DNA of 64,000 bases from Blepharisma stoltei ATCC 30299 (Eukaryota > Protista > Ciliophora). Positions 11,834 to 23,091 of the stretch are shown here, one piece after another. Within the stretch, counting starts at the first letter, position 1. Each line of letters starts with the position of its first letter. The stretch lies in NCBI GenBank assembly GCA_965603825.1, contig CBFDEM010000011.1:1-64000 (forward strand), written 5' to 3'. The position numbers and the translations under genes were made by a program. The notes beneath the pieces were generated by a model. The model was given only the letters and a program-made list of their open reading frames with translations. It made no database searches and had not been told where the DNA came from.

Positions 11834-12610
11834 ATGAAAAATAGAAGTCCAGCAACTAAAGGGAAAAAGGGTCTATCAATTACAATATCTCCATCTTCTC
11901 AAGGAAGCTCTTCTAATGTTTCTTTGAAAGAGCCTCAGCAAAATAAAAATACTATTCAGAAAAAGACTATAAATCATCAGCGAAGCAAAACTCCAGTCAT
12001 CATAATGCCAAAAGACGAGCTTTCCCCAGCAAAAACGACTGACTCAGTTCCAAGCCCTACAAAGAATGAATTCCTTTTTGAAAGAGCTTTGAGCGAGCTT
12101 TTATCAGAGATAGAGAATCTTCTAGTGCAGCATAAAGAATGGAGACTTTCTAAAATCAGCAAAATCGAATTATTTAAACAAGAATATGAAATTTCAGATG
12201 CTGAATTGAGCAGTTGTACACTTGGGAATAAAATAATTGACATAAGAAAAAAGTTTGATGAATTAAAAGAGGTCATAAAAATAATGCAAGGGGATATTGA
12301 AAGTCTAAGCAATATATCAGCATGAGAGCAAGTTCAGAAGAAAAAAGCAAAAGAAATAAAAGTAGATAATGAGCTTCTTGGAATAATAAGAGAAGCAAAG
12401 TCAAATCTCCAATTGCTTAAGCAAGCTTCAATGGAGAGTGAAGTGAGCATTCCAAACGATAATCTCATGATCAAGAATTTGCAGCTTCAGCTTCAACAAA
12501 GTAAAAGGGATAGGAGAAACTTGGAAATTCAATTAAAATGCCCAGAAAAATTGAATGAAGAAATGATTTCTCAAACAGTTGATCAAATGCTACAAGATGG
12601 GCCATCTTAA
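11834..12610 (+). CDS. Hypothetical coiled-coil protein, 258 aa
   Basis: Two ORF pieces in one frame joined via TGA at 12323; TAA stop. Confidence 0.7.
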
Positions 12611-13019
12611 TATAATTTTACTTGAATATCACCAAATATAGATGCTGGAAATTTCTCACATAAATAATTGGATAATTAAATTAAGTATTAATTCAGTTAA
12701 TTCTTATTCAGTTAGATATATACAGTTAAAAACTTGAAAAAATGCATTAGCTAACTAAAGAGAGCTCACTAGAAATGATGCGAACTCAATTTCAAATAAT
12801 AGTAAGAATTAAGGTGAGAGTTATACTGCGCGAAAATTTATTGATAAGATATATATACGTTATATAATTCTGGCATGAGCTTATCTATATTTTATAAGCA
12901 ATTTACAAAAAAATCCAGCTTTAATTTTTATTAGAGCCTTTCTTGTTGAATAAAATTAAATAAATCTACCCATATTTGTCGAAATATTCTGAGAAACTTT
13001 AAGTTTGTGTGATAATAAA

Positions 13020-14225
13020 ATGAAGGTCATTTGTATTCTTCTTGGCATCCTTTGTGCTGTTTCTGCAGAAGATTACCCCGATGCAAAAAGGAACTTCACA
13101 GAAGTTTGCACAGCCCATGGTTGGAGAGTCGAAACTCACAACGTAACAACCGCAGATAACTATATTTTAACCCTTTTCCGCATCCCAGGGGCCGCAAACC
13201 AGCCACTAAACCCTAATAAAAAAGTCGTTTTCCTTCAGCACGGTCTTTTGGACTGCGCAGATACTTGGATCATGGATCTTCCAGATTCCCCAGGTTTCCA
13301 ATTTGCACAAGCTGGATATGATGTATGGTTTGGCAACTCAAGAGGCAATTACCACAGTCTTGGCCATGTAACTTTGAATGCGTGGAAAGACTTAGCTTAC
13401 TGGAACTTCACCTGGCAGGATATGGCAGATTATGACCTACCAGCTGTAATTCCTTACGTCCTCCAAACTACTGGACAAAAGAAACTCACCTATATTGGCC
13501 ACTCTCAAGGAACCCTTCAAATGTTTGCCCATCTTTCAAGCAACCAAACCTTCATCAACAATATCAACATCTTCATTGCTTTAGCTCCAGTAGGAACAGT
13601 CAGGCATATCAAAATTGACTTCTTCTTCCTCATCAAAAAGTTCCCACTTTTTGATATGATGAACGATCTCGGGATTGGCTGCTTCTTACCATATGATAAT
13701 GCTCCAGGACTAAATTACGATTTCTGTGAGCTTTTCAGTGTTGTTTGTGACTGGGTTGACTATGCTTTGGCTGATATGATTACCGGAAACGATAACGATA
13801 AGATGCTTCCTACCATTTTTGCCCATGAAGCAGGAGGAACCAGCGTCCGCAATATGCAGCACTGGCAGCAAATGACTAATTATGACACCTATAGAGTCCA
13901 AAAATATGACTATGGCGATCATGACAATGAAAAGATATATGGGCAAAAGAAGCCTCCAGTGTACAACTTTGCTAAAATCCCTGGACCAATTGCACTTTTC
14001 TTTGGAAAAGATGATAGACTAGCTGATCCTACTGATGGTGCTTGGCTTAGAGGAGTTATACCTGCAAAATCAATTGTCTACCAGGAAGAGACCTACAACT
14101 TTGGGCATATGACATTCGTTTGGGGAAAGAACATGACTTGGTTTAGCAACGTCATTGCTCTTGCGAATAATTATAGCTCAAATGCTCAAGAGGAAAATTC
14201 GAGCCCTGTTTTACTTTCGTCTTAA
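13020..14225 (+). CDS. Lysosomal/gastric acid lipase family protein
   Basis: Signal peptide; LQHGLL, GYDVWFGNSRGN, YDLPA, GHSQG nucleophile, DxLA, and GHMTFVWG catalytic His. ATG at 13020. Confidence 0.95.
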   Translation: MKVICILLGILCAVSAEDYPDAKRNFTEVCTAHGWRVETHNVTTADNYILTLFRIPGAANQPLNPNKKVVFLQHGLLDCADTWIMDLPDSPGFQFAQAGYDVWFGNSRGNYHSLGHVTLNAWKDLAYWNFTWQDMADYDLPAVIPYVLQTTGQKKLTYIGHSQGTLQMFAHLSSNQTFINNINIFIALAPVGTVRHIKIDFFFLIKKFPLFDMMNDLGIGCFLPYDNAPGLNYDFCELFSVVCDWVDYALADMITGNDNDKMLPTIFAHEAGGTSVRNMQHWQQMTNYDTYRVQKYDYGDHDNEKIYGQKKPPVYNFAKIPGPIALFFGKDDRLADPTDGAWLRGVIPAKSIVYQEETYNFGHMTFVWGKNMTWFSNVIALANNYSSNAQEENSSPVLLSS

Positions 14226-14371
14226 GTAATCTAATCGAGGATTAATTTTATATCATCTCTAAGTAATAATTACAAAACTGTTCGTCGAGACTATTGATCA
14301 AATTTATGTTTCTCATTCTTGTAAGAAAAAAGCCGTTGCCCCATGGGCACAGCAAAGGGAATGATGCCTTA

Positions 14372-15346
14372 TCCAGTAATTGAATGAATTTCAAGATAGC
14401 TGGAGCTATTTTTTGCTTGTTATATAATCCTAAGTATATCCAACAATCCTCCATTTTGGACACATCTTAATTTACGTCATATTTTTAAATTTAAATTTTT
14501 ATCTGACCTTTTTGTTTAAGGGAGTGTATAAATTAATTATTTTCTTATCAGGGGCTCTGCTTGCATTAAGCATAATTGTAAAACTAAAGATAAAATTTTG
14601 TTTAAATTATTAAGTCTTTTTATAAATTTTTGTTATATAGCCTGATAAAATCCTAATATTATTTAGATAGTGAATCGAGTTCTCTAAATTATTTTAAAAT
14701 TGGATTCAAATATTTTAATAAAATTGAAAAATAATTGCCTAACTATTGTCATATGATTTTCAAATAAATCAATCTTGGCAGGCTTTCAACTAAGAGTTCG
14801 TTTATAATATGAAATCATAGAATAATGAGATAAAAGAGCTATTGTCCTAAAGACATAGCAAGTTTGTTCCAGTATGAATAATTTCTAAAGGCAGCTGGAG
14901 CTGCCTTCAGCAGGCTTAGATAATGGACATCTATGATGAACCAGCTATTATATGCATTGTTTGCTAAATTTTATAATTTTTTGGGGCATTTTATTTATGG
15001 GACAAATGACTAATAAAATATATAAAAAGAGCCTTTAGCCTCTTCGGCTTTAGCTATTCCAGTATAACGAATTTTTAAGACAGCTGGAGCTGCCAGTTGG
15101 GGGAGCCATTTGACGCTTATATGCGTCAATTAGCTAAAGCCCCTCTTCTTTAAATTAAAATAATTTCCAGAAGTTTTATTTATGGGACATAATTGTACTA
15201 TACCTTATAAATATAAAGTTTAATTTAATGAATTAAAGAAAATTATAAAAATTAGACGCTTTTAATTATACTTTTAATGGTTTTAAACTGATTGATGTTA
15301 AATAAGAGCTTAAGCTGATTATAGTGTATTTTTTATTTATTGGACA
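14372..15346. promoter_or_regulatory. Dispersed repeated motifs upstream of the first globin
   Basis: TCCAGTA..AATTT..AAG..AGCTGGAGCT at about 14372, 14867 and 15057; TTTTATTTAT(G/T)GGACA at 14989, 15174 and 15331. Confidence 0.35.
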
Positions 15347-15364
15347 TCAGATTTTAAAAATTAA

Positions 15365-15748
15365 ATGTATTATAGATATGGAGACACTGATTTTTGGAGT
15401 GCAGTAGTCAACGATTTTCATGAAAAAATCCGCTCAGACCCACTCTTAAGACGATATTTTTGCAGAAGGTCTCAAGCTGAAGTTCAAATGATAAACTTTG
15501 CAATATTGAAAGCAGGACTTGGGCTTGTTGATTCTGGCTATGAAGATGTTGTAAAGTACGCTCATCAAAGTAGAGGTATCCGTAAAGAGCACTTGGACAG
15601 ATTTTTTATATGTTTGAAATCTGCTTTAGACCAAGCCAATGTCCTACCGGAAGACGCTGAAACTATTATTGCCAACCTGTCCAATTATTCTAGCTTGCTA
15701 ATTGATGAAACAAGTAGTGAAGGAGTTGAGGAAGACGAAGAAAGCTAA
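15365..15748 (+). CDS. Truncated (2/2) hemoglobin, group I-like
   Basis: Y.RYG....AVVNDF...I..D..L..YF; proximal His in KYAH; GI...H; 127 aa. Confidence 0.85.
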   Translation: MYYRYGDTDFWSAVVNDFHEKIRSDPLLRRYFCRRSQAEVQMINFAILKAGLGLVDSGYEDVVKYAHQSRGIRKEHLDRFFICLKSALDQANVLPEDAETIIANLSNYSSLLIDETSSEGVEEDEES

Positions 15749-15845
15749 TCAATCTTAAATGCTTAAAATTCTTACAATTTGTGATGTTTAATTAATTACT
15801 ATAAATTTCAGCATTAGTTTAAGTAGAACTCATTTTACAGGTTAA

Positions 15846-16748
15846 TTATAATTTTTGAAGTATCTTTTGGTTTAATGAAAATTTGTTTCTTATGAGCTTT
15901 CTTCCCGGGAAATTTTTATTTATAAGTGGAGTTGGATGAGCATTTTTATTGCTTCCTTCGAATCGATTCAAATATTGTGCTAAATTTAGGTCCAGAAAGG
16001 TAGGTGTGTTATTGGCATATCTTGGTGTTGCGATCCCACTTGGAATTAACCTATGCGGAGTTGCTAAATTCAATAAATTCGTCTCATAAAAAATAGGCGT
16101 TATTGCAAACGGTGACTGATTAAGCTGAAACTCTATCTCTGATAAGTCCGGGCTGTAATTTTTGCGCTTAATTAATTTATTTTTCCTTTTCGCTTTGAAA
16201 TCTACTTTGCTCTTTCTTCATACTAAGCTCTCTGGAGAGTGCTCATTAGCAGTTTTCTGAGCAAATACATTCTTTGGAGTATTCCATTCAAATGGTTTTG
16301 CACTCATATAGAGTTCATCATCAGATCTAATTGACGGACTAAGAGTATTTCTATATACGCTTCTAATTTCATGACTAGGGCTTGTAAAATTAGTCTTTTT
16401 CATAAAAGATTGTCTTGATGCTAATGATTTATGTGACTTATGAGTGTCTTCCAACTCAATTTCTTTTTTTGCTGTGCCCCTAATTTCGTCAATGTATTTT
16501 TGTGATTCTCTCAAAAATTCCAAAGTATCTTTAGGCCGTGAAGTTTGTGAAATGTGGAGGAAGTAGGAGTTTCCTTTTAAATCTTTTCATCTTTGCGGAA
16601 TGGAAGATGCCCAAACGTAGCTTGAACTTTTGGAAATTTTGTTGTTAAACGCTTTCCTTCTTGGCTTGGATTGAGCGTCCTCGTCTATGCTATCAATTGT
16701 GCTGGGTGCTGAAGAAAAATAGGGAACTGAGACTCGTTTGACTTCCAT
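15846..16748 (-). CDS. Hypothetical basic, low-complexity protein, 300 aa
   Basis: ATG at 16748; frame open through TGA codons to TAA at 15846. Confidence 0.7.
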
Positions 16749-16946
16749 ATTTAATCAATTTTATATATCTTGAAAACACTGGAATCTATTGATAAATTTA
16801 TTAATGCATCTTGTGAAGTAGATTTACTAACTTCTAATGTTGAAAAAAACTATCTGAATAATTTTATAAGTAATAACTAAAATTTCACTTCAAGAGACTT
16901 TTGCACTTGATTAAAGCTTTGGATTTTCATATTAAAATTACTAATT

Positions 16947-17303
16947 ATGCTTTATCGTTACGGAAACAGGGAATTCTGGGACCATGTCGTAAGTTTGTTT
17001 CATGAAAAGCTCAGGGAAGATCGGATTTTAAGATCTTATTTTGAGCGCCGAAGACCAGCAGAAGTGCAAATGATTAATTTTGCAATTTTAAAAGCAGGCT
17101 TAGGATATGCAGATGCTGAATACGAAGAGTTAATAAAATATGCTCATATCGGTAAAAGCATAAGCACAGAAGACATGCATCGGTTTCTCAACTGTTTAAG
17201 GCTGGTTCTCGACGATGTAGGTGTCGCCCCAGAAGACATTGAAATAATAGTTGGACGAATAGAAGGGTATTCGAACCTTATAGTAGAAGAAGACGAGGTA
17301 TAA
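16947..17303 (+). CDS. Truncated (2/2) hemoglobin, paralogue of 15365
   Basis: Shares AEVQMINFAILKAGLG and KYAH with the first copy. Confidence 0.85.
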   Translation: MLYRYGNREFWDHVVSLFHEKLREDRILRSYFERRRPAEVQMINFAILKAGLGYADAEYEELIKYAHIGKSISTEDMHRFLNCLRLVLDDVGVAPEDIEIIVGRIEGYSNLIVEEDEV

Positions 17304-17332
17304 TCTAATTAACCACTAAAAGAGTGTTAGCA

Positions 17333-18643
17333 TTACATGAAGTCGTCATCCCACTCTTCATCAAGCTCTTCTTCTCCTGCATTCAAGTGAGCCATATCCA
17401 CCTGGTATCTCAAAAATGCGCCGAGTCCTCCGAATCCTCTTACAAACTGGGCTCCTTCTTGGCTTCTGTCAGTAATGAATTCCAGCCCAGCCCCAAACTT
17501 CATATAGTTATCCACAATCCACTCAGGCAGTGGACCTTTTTCTAGCGCTTCTAGCTCTTCACCGTTTTCCATAAAATTGCCATGGTCTTCTTCCTGTTCA
17601 GGGGTCAGGTAAAGCGTCTTTTCGACCCCAGTTGTCGGGTTTTTCAGCACATACCTCGTGAAATTCAAGTTTTCGAACAAAAGAATGACCTCAACAGCTC
17701 CCATGATTAAGGACTTCATTGTGTCTTCGACTCCGTAGCAGTATTTCTTGGTGTCTTGTGCGACTTCTTCGAAGAACTTGCTCATAACCTTCTTCTCCCT
17801 GATAAATTTGATGTTGCTTAAGGTGTCTGCTGAGAGCTCAATAGCTTGAGTGAACCCATTTTCTCCTCCATACGCCACATCCACTATTTTCAGCACCTTG
17901 GCAGCCAGTCTCTGGTCAAACAAGTCGCTTTGCACAAGCACGTTTTTGAACTCAGCTGAACCAGCCACAATAAGTCCTGCTACGTTAACTTTATCTGATG
18001 AAATAAATTGCACTACGGCTTGCTCAGCGACCTTTCTGAGGTAGTTGTTCCTGGACTCCATACGAAGCCTGGCAAAACGAAGCGCTGACTGACCTCCTCT
18101 TCTATGCTTTTTTGGAAGATCAACTGAGAACTTGTGTAAGACTTCTCTTGTGTTACCTTGGAGAGTACCAAAAAGGGCTCCATTACCATCAATAATGATA
18201 AAGCCGAACTTGTCGTCCATGACCAAGAGGTCTTTGAGTGGCTGTGTGTGGAATTTATTATCGCAAATATAAAGAGTGGTATTGATGGCTCGGTATGGCT
18301 GGAAGTCAATCGTATACTTTTTCTCGCAGACTCCTTCTTCGTTGATAACTTCGCCACAATACAGAATTAGACCGTTTGCTGGGAGCCTGTTATTATAAAG
18401 TTTGAGACGCTCTTTTGTGGAGGTGAGAGCACTTTGAACGGCCTGTCTGACGATTCTTGATTTGATGTTAGATGACTTTCCATATTCTTCAGTGATCATT
18501 TTGTTGATGATGGGCAACTGCTCTCGAGGAGGGATGATCAGTGAGATCAGGGATGTCCCATTTCCACGGGCTTTGTCCAGATTATCAATCAGTCGCTTTA
18601 TTTTCCACTGCTCGATATTCTGTGTGAGCTCGTCTCCTTCCAT
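17333..18643 (-). CDS. eRF1: Eukaryotic peptide chain release factor 1 (variant-code type)
   Basis: GNGTS, (KSS)NIKS, YICDNKF and GGQ motifs; 436 aa. Confidence 0.99.
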   Translation of the reverse strand: MEGDELTQNIEQWKIKRLIDNLDKARGNGTSLISLIIPPREQLPIINKMITEEYGKSSNIKSRIVRQAVQSALTSTKERLKLYNNRLPANGLILYCGEVINEEGVCEKKYTIDFQPYRAINTTLYICDNKFHTQPLKDLLVMDDKFGFIIIDGNGALFGTLQGNTREVLHKFSVDLPKKHRRGGQSALRFARLRMESRNNYLRKVAEQAVVQFISSDKVNVAGLIVAGSAEFKNVLVQSDLFDQRLAAKVLKIVDVAYGGENGFTQAIELSADTLSNIKFIREKKVMSKFFEEVAQDTKKYCYGVEDTMKSLIMGAVEVILLFENLNFTRYVLKNPTTGVEKTLYLTPEQEEDHGNFMENGEELEALEKGPLPEWIVDNYMKFGAGLEFITDRSQEGAQFVRGFGGLGAFLRYQVDMAHLNAGEEELDEEWDDDFM

Positions 18644-19867
18644 TTATTATAGGGCCAATCCTCGAGCCATAACATTGGAACAAAATAGGATAAAAGATAA
18701 TACAAGATTAAAATTTAATTTTTATTGTATATCAATTAAGAACAAAATGGAAACTGATAAAAAAGTAGGTGCAGTTATACAGAAACTGCATTCTTAGAGT
18801 GATTACACTTTTTATCTGGAAATTAACTAATTTCTTTTCTTAATTTAATTCGGTAATTTAAATTATTGTATTGCAAATTATTTTATTTAGAGATTTATTT
18901 AGAATTTATAGCTGAAAATAAATCTATGATAGCTTAAAGCAAAATAACTTAAAAATAAAATTAAAAATTAATCAAACAAAATCTCTAAGCTTACGAGATT
19001 TGCTTTTGAAATAGAAAGATCAATAAATAACTGATTTTACAAATAATGAGATATAAAGATTTACTACTTTAAATCTAATTACTTCAAGAAGTTTTTGATC
19101 AAAAAAGAATTAAATTTGGGAAAAATTTAGATAGGGATTATGATGATAAAGGATATAGTTAAAATAATAGATATCAAGCTTCTTAATGCAAAATCTGGCT
19201 AATTGATTTTTATTATGAAAGAAGATGGCCACAATGCTTTTATTTTAAAATAAAAACGCTAGTGAAAATATCAATCAGAAAACGCAATAAAATAACTAAA
19301 AAATTTAAAAATGCAGTAAAAAGAAACAGAAAATATCACTAGTAAAGAATTTAATAATGAATAAATTATTCAAAAATTTTTATTTATTTGGATCATCATT
19401 CACTTAGAGTAAAAAGTTTATTGAGCTTACTGCACATAATATAAAGCAATTTGAAAATTTGATGATCAAACTGCTATATCATTTATTGAAAGTGATAAGA
19501 AAGCTAAAAAAAGGCTCTAAGCAGACCGAAAAAATGCAGCAAAAATCAGTCAATAAACTGCGAAACTCCCTAATTTCCTATTTTCCACAAACCACCATAT
19601 ATATTATGATCCTCAGACCCTATATATAAAATATTTTCCCCAACACTAAAACATTCTCAAATAGTAAATTTAGCTATATAAAATAATTTACTGCCACTTG
19701 TTTCAGCTTACTTACACTCTAATTAAAAGAATATTAATGGTATAGCTAAATTTTATTTTTGCCGCTTTCTTAAAACTCTGAAAAATAAATTCTAGAATTC
19801 CATTTGTCATTCCGCAAAAAATAACTTTATATCTTCTTAATGATATTTATCGAAACCATAAATTTTA

Positions 19868-20644
19868 ATGAACAAAGACCAAAGTACCTTATACGCGAAA
19901 GAAACTCTAAAGTTTCTTATCGAAAAGGTGAATCTTACGTAGAACTACCCAAACTTGAGTTCTTATTTTTCTTCTCCCCAAACTGGAAAATTCACCCAAA
20001 AGGACCGTGAAACAGTCATAGAGTGGCTGATGGAAATAAACGATCATTTAGGTGGGTCTTCCACCACAATTCAGCATGGTATAAGATATTTTGACTCTTT
20101 CCTATCAGTTAAGCCCGTTTCTCATGTGAGAATTTTGCAACTTGTAGGAATTGTGGCCCTCGGGGTGGCTTTGAAATATGAATTTGGGCGGGAACTCAGC
20201 CCAAGACGAATTTACGACTTGTGCAGTGGGAATTTCCCAATCGAAGCAATCGTGACCACTGAGGTTTACATGCTGAATGCTCTGGGCTGGCAGCTTGATG
20301 TGCCCACAGCCTCAGAAATTTCAAGATGTCTCCTCTCCTGGACTTGCGGGGCTTTTGATTTCTCAACCCTTGCAAAGTACTCAGACTCGTATGCAGCAAT
20401 TTGCTATCTTGATAGCACCTTATTTTATGAGCCGCCGCTTTTAATTGCGATGGCTTCAATTTGCTGTGCGCTTGATAAATTCAAGTATCAGGACTTCAAA
20501 AAAGATTGGCTACAAATGGTGGAACAGGACTATCCTTACGATGTAAAGGCTTTGGACTCGATATTAGAAAGAATACAAATAAAGATTGTTGATATCTCGG
20601 CTAGTAATGAAGATCAAAGCACTAGGTCTGGCTCTCCTCTGTAA
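19868..20644 (+). CDS. Cyclin family protein, 253 aa, one intron
   Basis: Cyclin box RETVIEWLMEI..LQLVG..ALKYE..E..ML..L.W; ATG 19868 joined by a stop-containing 15-nt intron. Confidence 0.9.
19928..19942 (+). other. 15-nt intron GTGAATCTTACGTAG
   Basis: Contains the in-frame TAG. Confidence 0.85.
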
Positions 20645-21047
20645 AGATGGAAATTTTTGTTTAATTATTCGGTAGCCTAATTTTTTAGACCTAAAATTGT
20701 ATTGGGTGGGATCTTTAAGCCTCTTGGGAAAGTTTGCGGTAAAAATGACTTAGAATTTAAAATTCATTTGGCCTCCTTACTATAGGTGGCAATAATTTTA
20801 AGTTGAGATGGCTAGAGATAATTTTCTATGAGTTAAAAAGTCTTTATCTTGAATTCTTAGCCCTGAATAAGTTATTTTACTTCTGCTTGTCATTAATAAA
20901 ATGTGTGATTGCTTTAAAAATTGTTCAGTAAAAAGTATGGCACTAACAGAAAATTATTTTAAGATAATTTAAATACCTAATCTTTTCTATTCTATAAATG
21001 AAATGAATCATGATGTTTTATTCACTTTAGCTCTATAAATAAATGTA

Positions 21048-22541
21048 TTAGCAAAATGCTTTGAATTTAATTTCTGGCTCGTATCCATTATCCAATGAAT
21101 CATTAGCACTCAATATATTAAAAACTATACTTCCGATGATAGCTGTAGCAAGAACTAGGATTAATAAGACAATCAAAACTCACATTCTATTATGCCTTTG
21201 TGCTGGCTTCTGAAATATAAAGACCCCAATAAAAGTTCCTACAAAGGCACATAAAATACTCATTGTCCCGTAGTCATGCAGCACAACCCCTGCAACCAAG
21301 TGCTGGAAAGTCGAGACTGAAAAAGAGAAATAGGCTACACAAGATGATATCACACCGGCACCTTCTGGCCTAATTCCTAGACTAATGAGAGTAGGGTTAA
21401 CTACAATCGCTCCTCCTATTCCAAGATACCCTGCATCAAAGCCTGCGATATAAGTGGCAAAACTCGCTATAAACGCAGTCTTTGGCTTCCATCTGATGTC
21501 CATATCATCAAAATCGTATCCAACCCTCAGCTTTCTCTTGATGATATGGAGCAAAAAGAGGCCGGCAATTAGATTTAGACATAATAGGAAGACCTCAAAA
21601 AGAATCACATAGACCCAATTCCATACCGAACAGACTTCGTAACCAAGAGGGGATTTCAGCTCATTACCTCCCCGGATAATTTGAGCGACATTTGTGATGA
21701 CGTATAATGATAGAATAAATAAGACTTCTCTATAAGGAACTATTTTCCTTTGCTTATTTAAAATGTAGTCAAGGTGCTTTTGGTCTTCGGTATTTGGTTT
21801 GTCTTCAGACTCTTCATTTTCTTTAGCTTCTTCTGATGCTGGGCACACTTGGGCATCCTCTGAAAAATTGCCTTTGAGTGACCCATTCTCTCCGCCAAAG
21901 TTTTCTTCAGAAATTTCGATTGAGTTTGTGTTATTCTTTTTACTTGGAGAACCCTCTTGGTCAGACACCTCTATTGCTGTTCTGGCTGTTTCTCTTCTTC
22001 TCTGTGTTCTCCTTTGTTTATGCAAGGCCATAAATTTTTGAATTGCAGTTCAAAGAGTATAAGTGAGTACCAGCGTTAAACTGGCAATAATCAGCCACTG
22101 GGGAAAGCCTCTGCTGCATATAAACCCAATGGTAGCTCCGAAACACATGGGCTCGACCAAAAGCATGACAACTTCAAAATCAATCAAAGGGCGGTCCTTA
22201 ATTGGATGTCTTTCTGGAATGTTGATAAGGACATGAGCAAATGCCCCACCCATGACAATTGCTTGGTTCAAGCTGATGGATGTGTGGACGTCAAAGTTGA
22301 AAAAAATCATAAACGTTAGCAGATGAACTCCTCCCAAGCCGGCAAACCCAGATGCGTAGGTTAAGGCTCCTACCAGGATAATTAAAATCATTCCTGCAAG
22401 CTCTATACCTTCTACTGGCAAGAAGTCCTTGTGTTTGCATGCACCGTTAACGCAGTTAAATAGGTAGGCACAGTCACCGTTTGTAGAGCACGACTCGGAA
22501 CTGGCTAGGGCAAGGATCATTAGCAATAAAAGTCCTTTCAT
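21048..22541 (-). CDS. Sulfite exporter TauE/SafE family membrane protein, 497 aa
   Basis: HP..DRPLIDF..EP...GA.IG and AG..AG.LGIGG...P motifs; joined through TGA at 22050 and 21180. Confidence 0.85.
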
Positions 22542-23091
22542 ATATGCTGCTCTGATTTAATGCAATGGCGTTAAATATAAGATATCATTGATGTCATTTC
22601 AAGGAATTATCTATAACTAATTTTTAAGTCTATGGTGTTTTCTGTTTTCAGAGACATTTAAATTACTAATAATAGTTATAATTATTTATTTAGTTTTCGA
22701 CCAAAATAAGTTAACTTAAAAAAATGATTTATTACACGACTTTAAAATTGAATAGAGAAATAAAATTATCTTTATATGATTATTTACCTAATTAGGATGA
22801 GTAAAGAAATAAATAAATTGAGTGAGAATTTTTATGATTATAATTATGAAATCTAAGGTGCTAGCTTAGAGATATCACTGTTCTAGGATTGATTTCATTG
22901 AATTTTCAATTATTTTGCCTTAAAAATACAATAATTCAGTCTAAAATTAATTCAAAATGGCTTTTAGCTTAATATTAAAATTAATCATGATTTACCACTT
23001 AAATCTCATGCTATTTCCACACAAAACTTAATTCATTGCTATAATTAAACAGACCCCATTTAATCTAAAAATGTAAATAGAAAAATAGGAA

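Noticed and set aside
17324-18797. Antisense and alternate-frame ORFs over eRF1 (also over XPO1, Hsp110 and UGGT)
   Set aside because: Shadow ORFs of GC-richer conserved genes, with no motifs.
18800-19860. Long AT-rich tract as a retained IES or ncRNA
   Set aside because: No terminal inverted repeats or RNA motifs recognised; consistent with a divergent promoter region between eRF1 and the cyclin.
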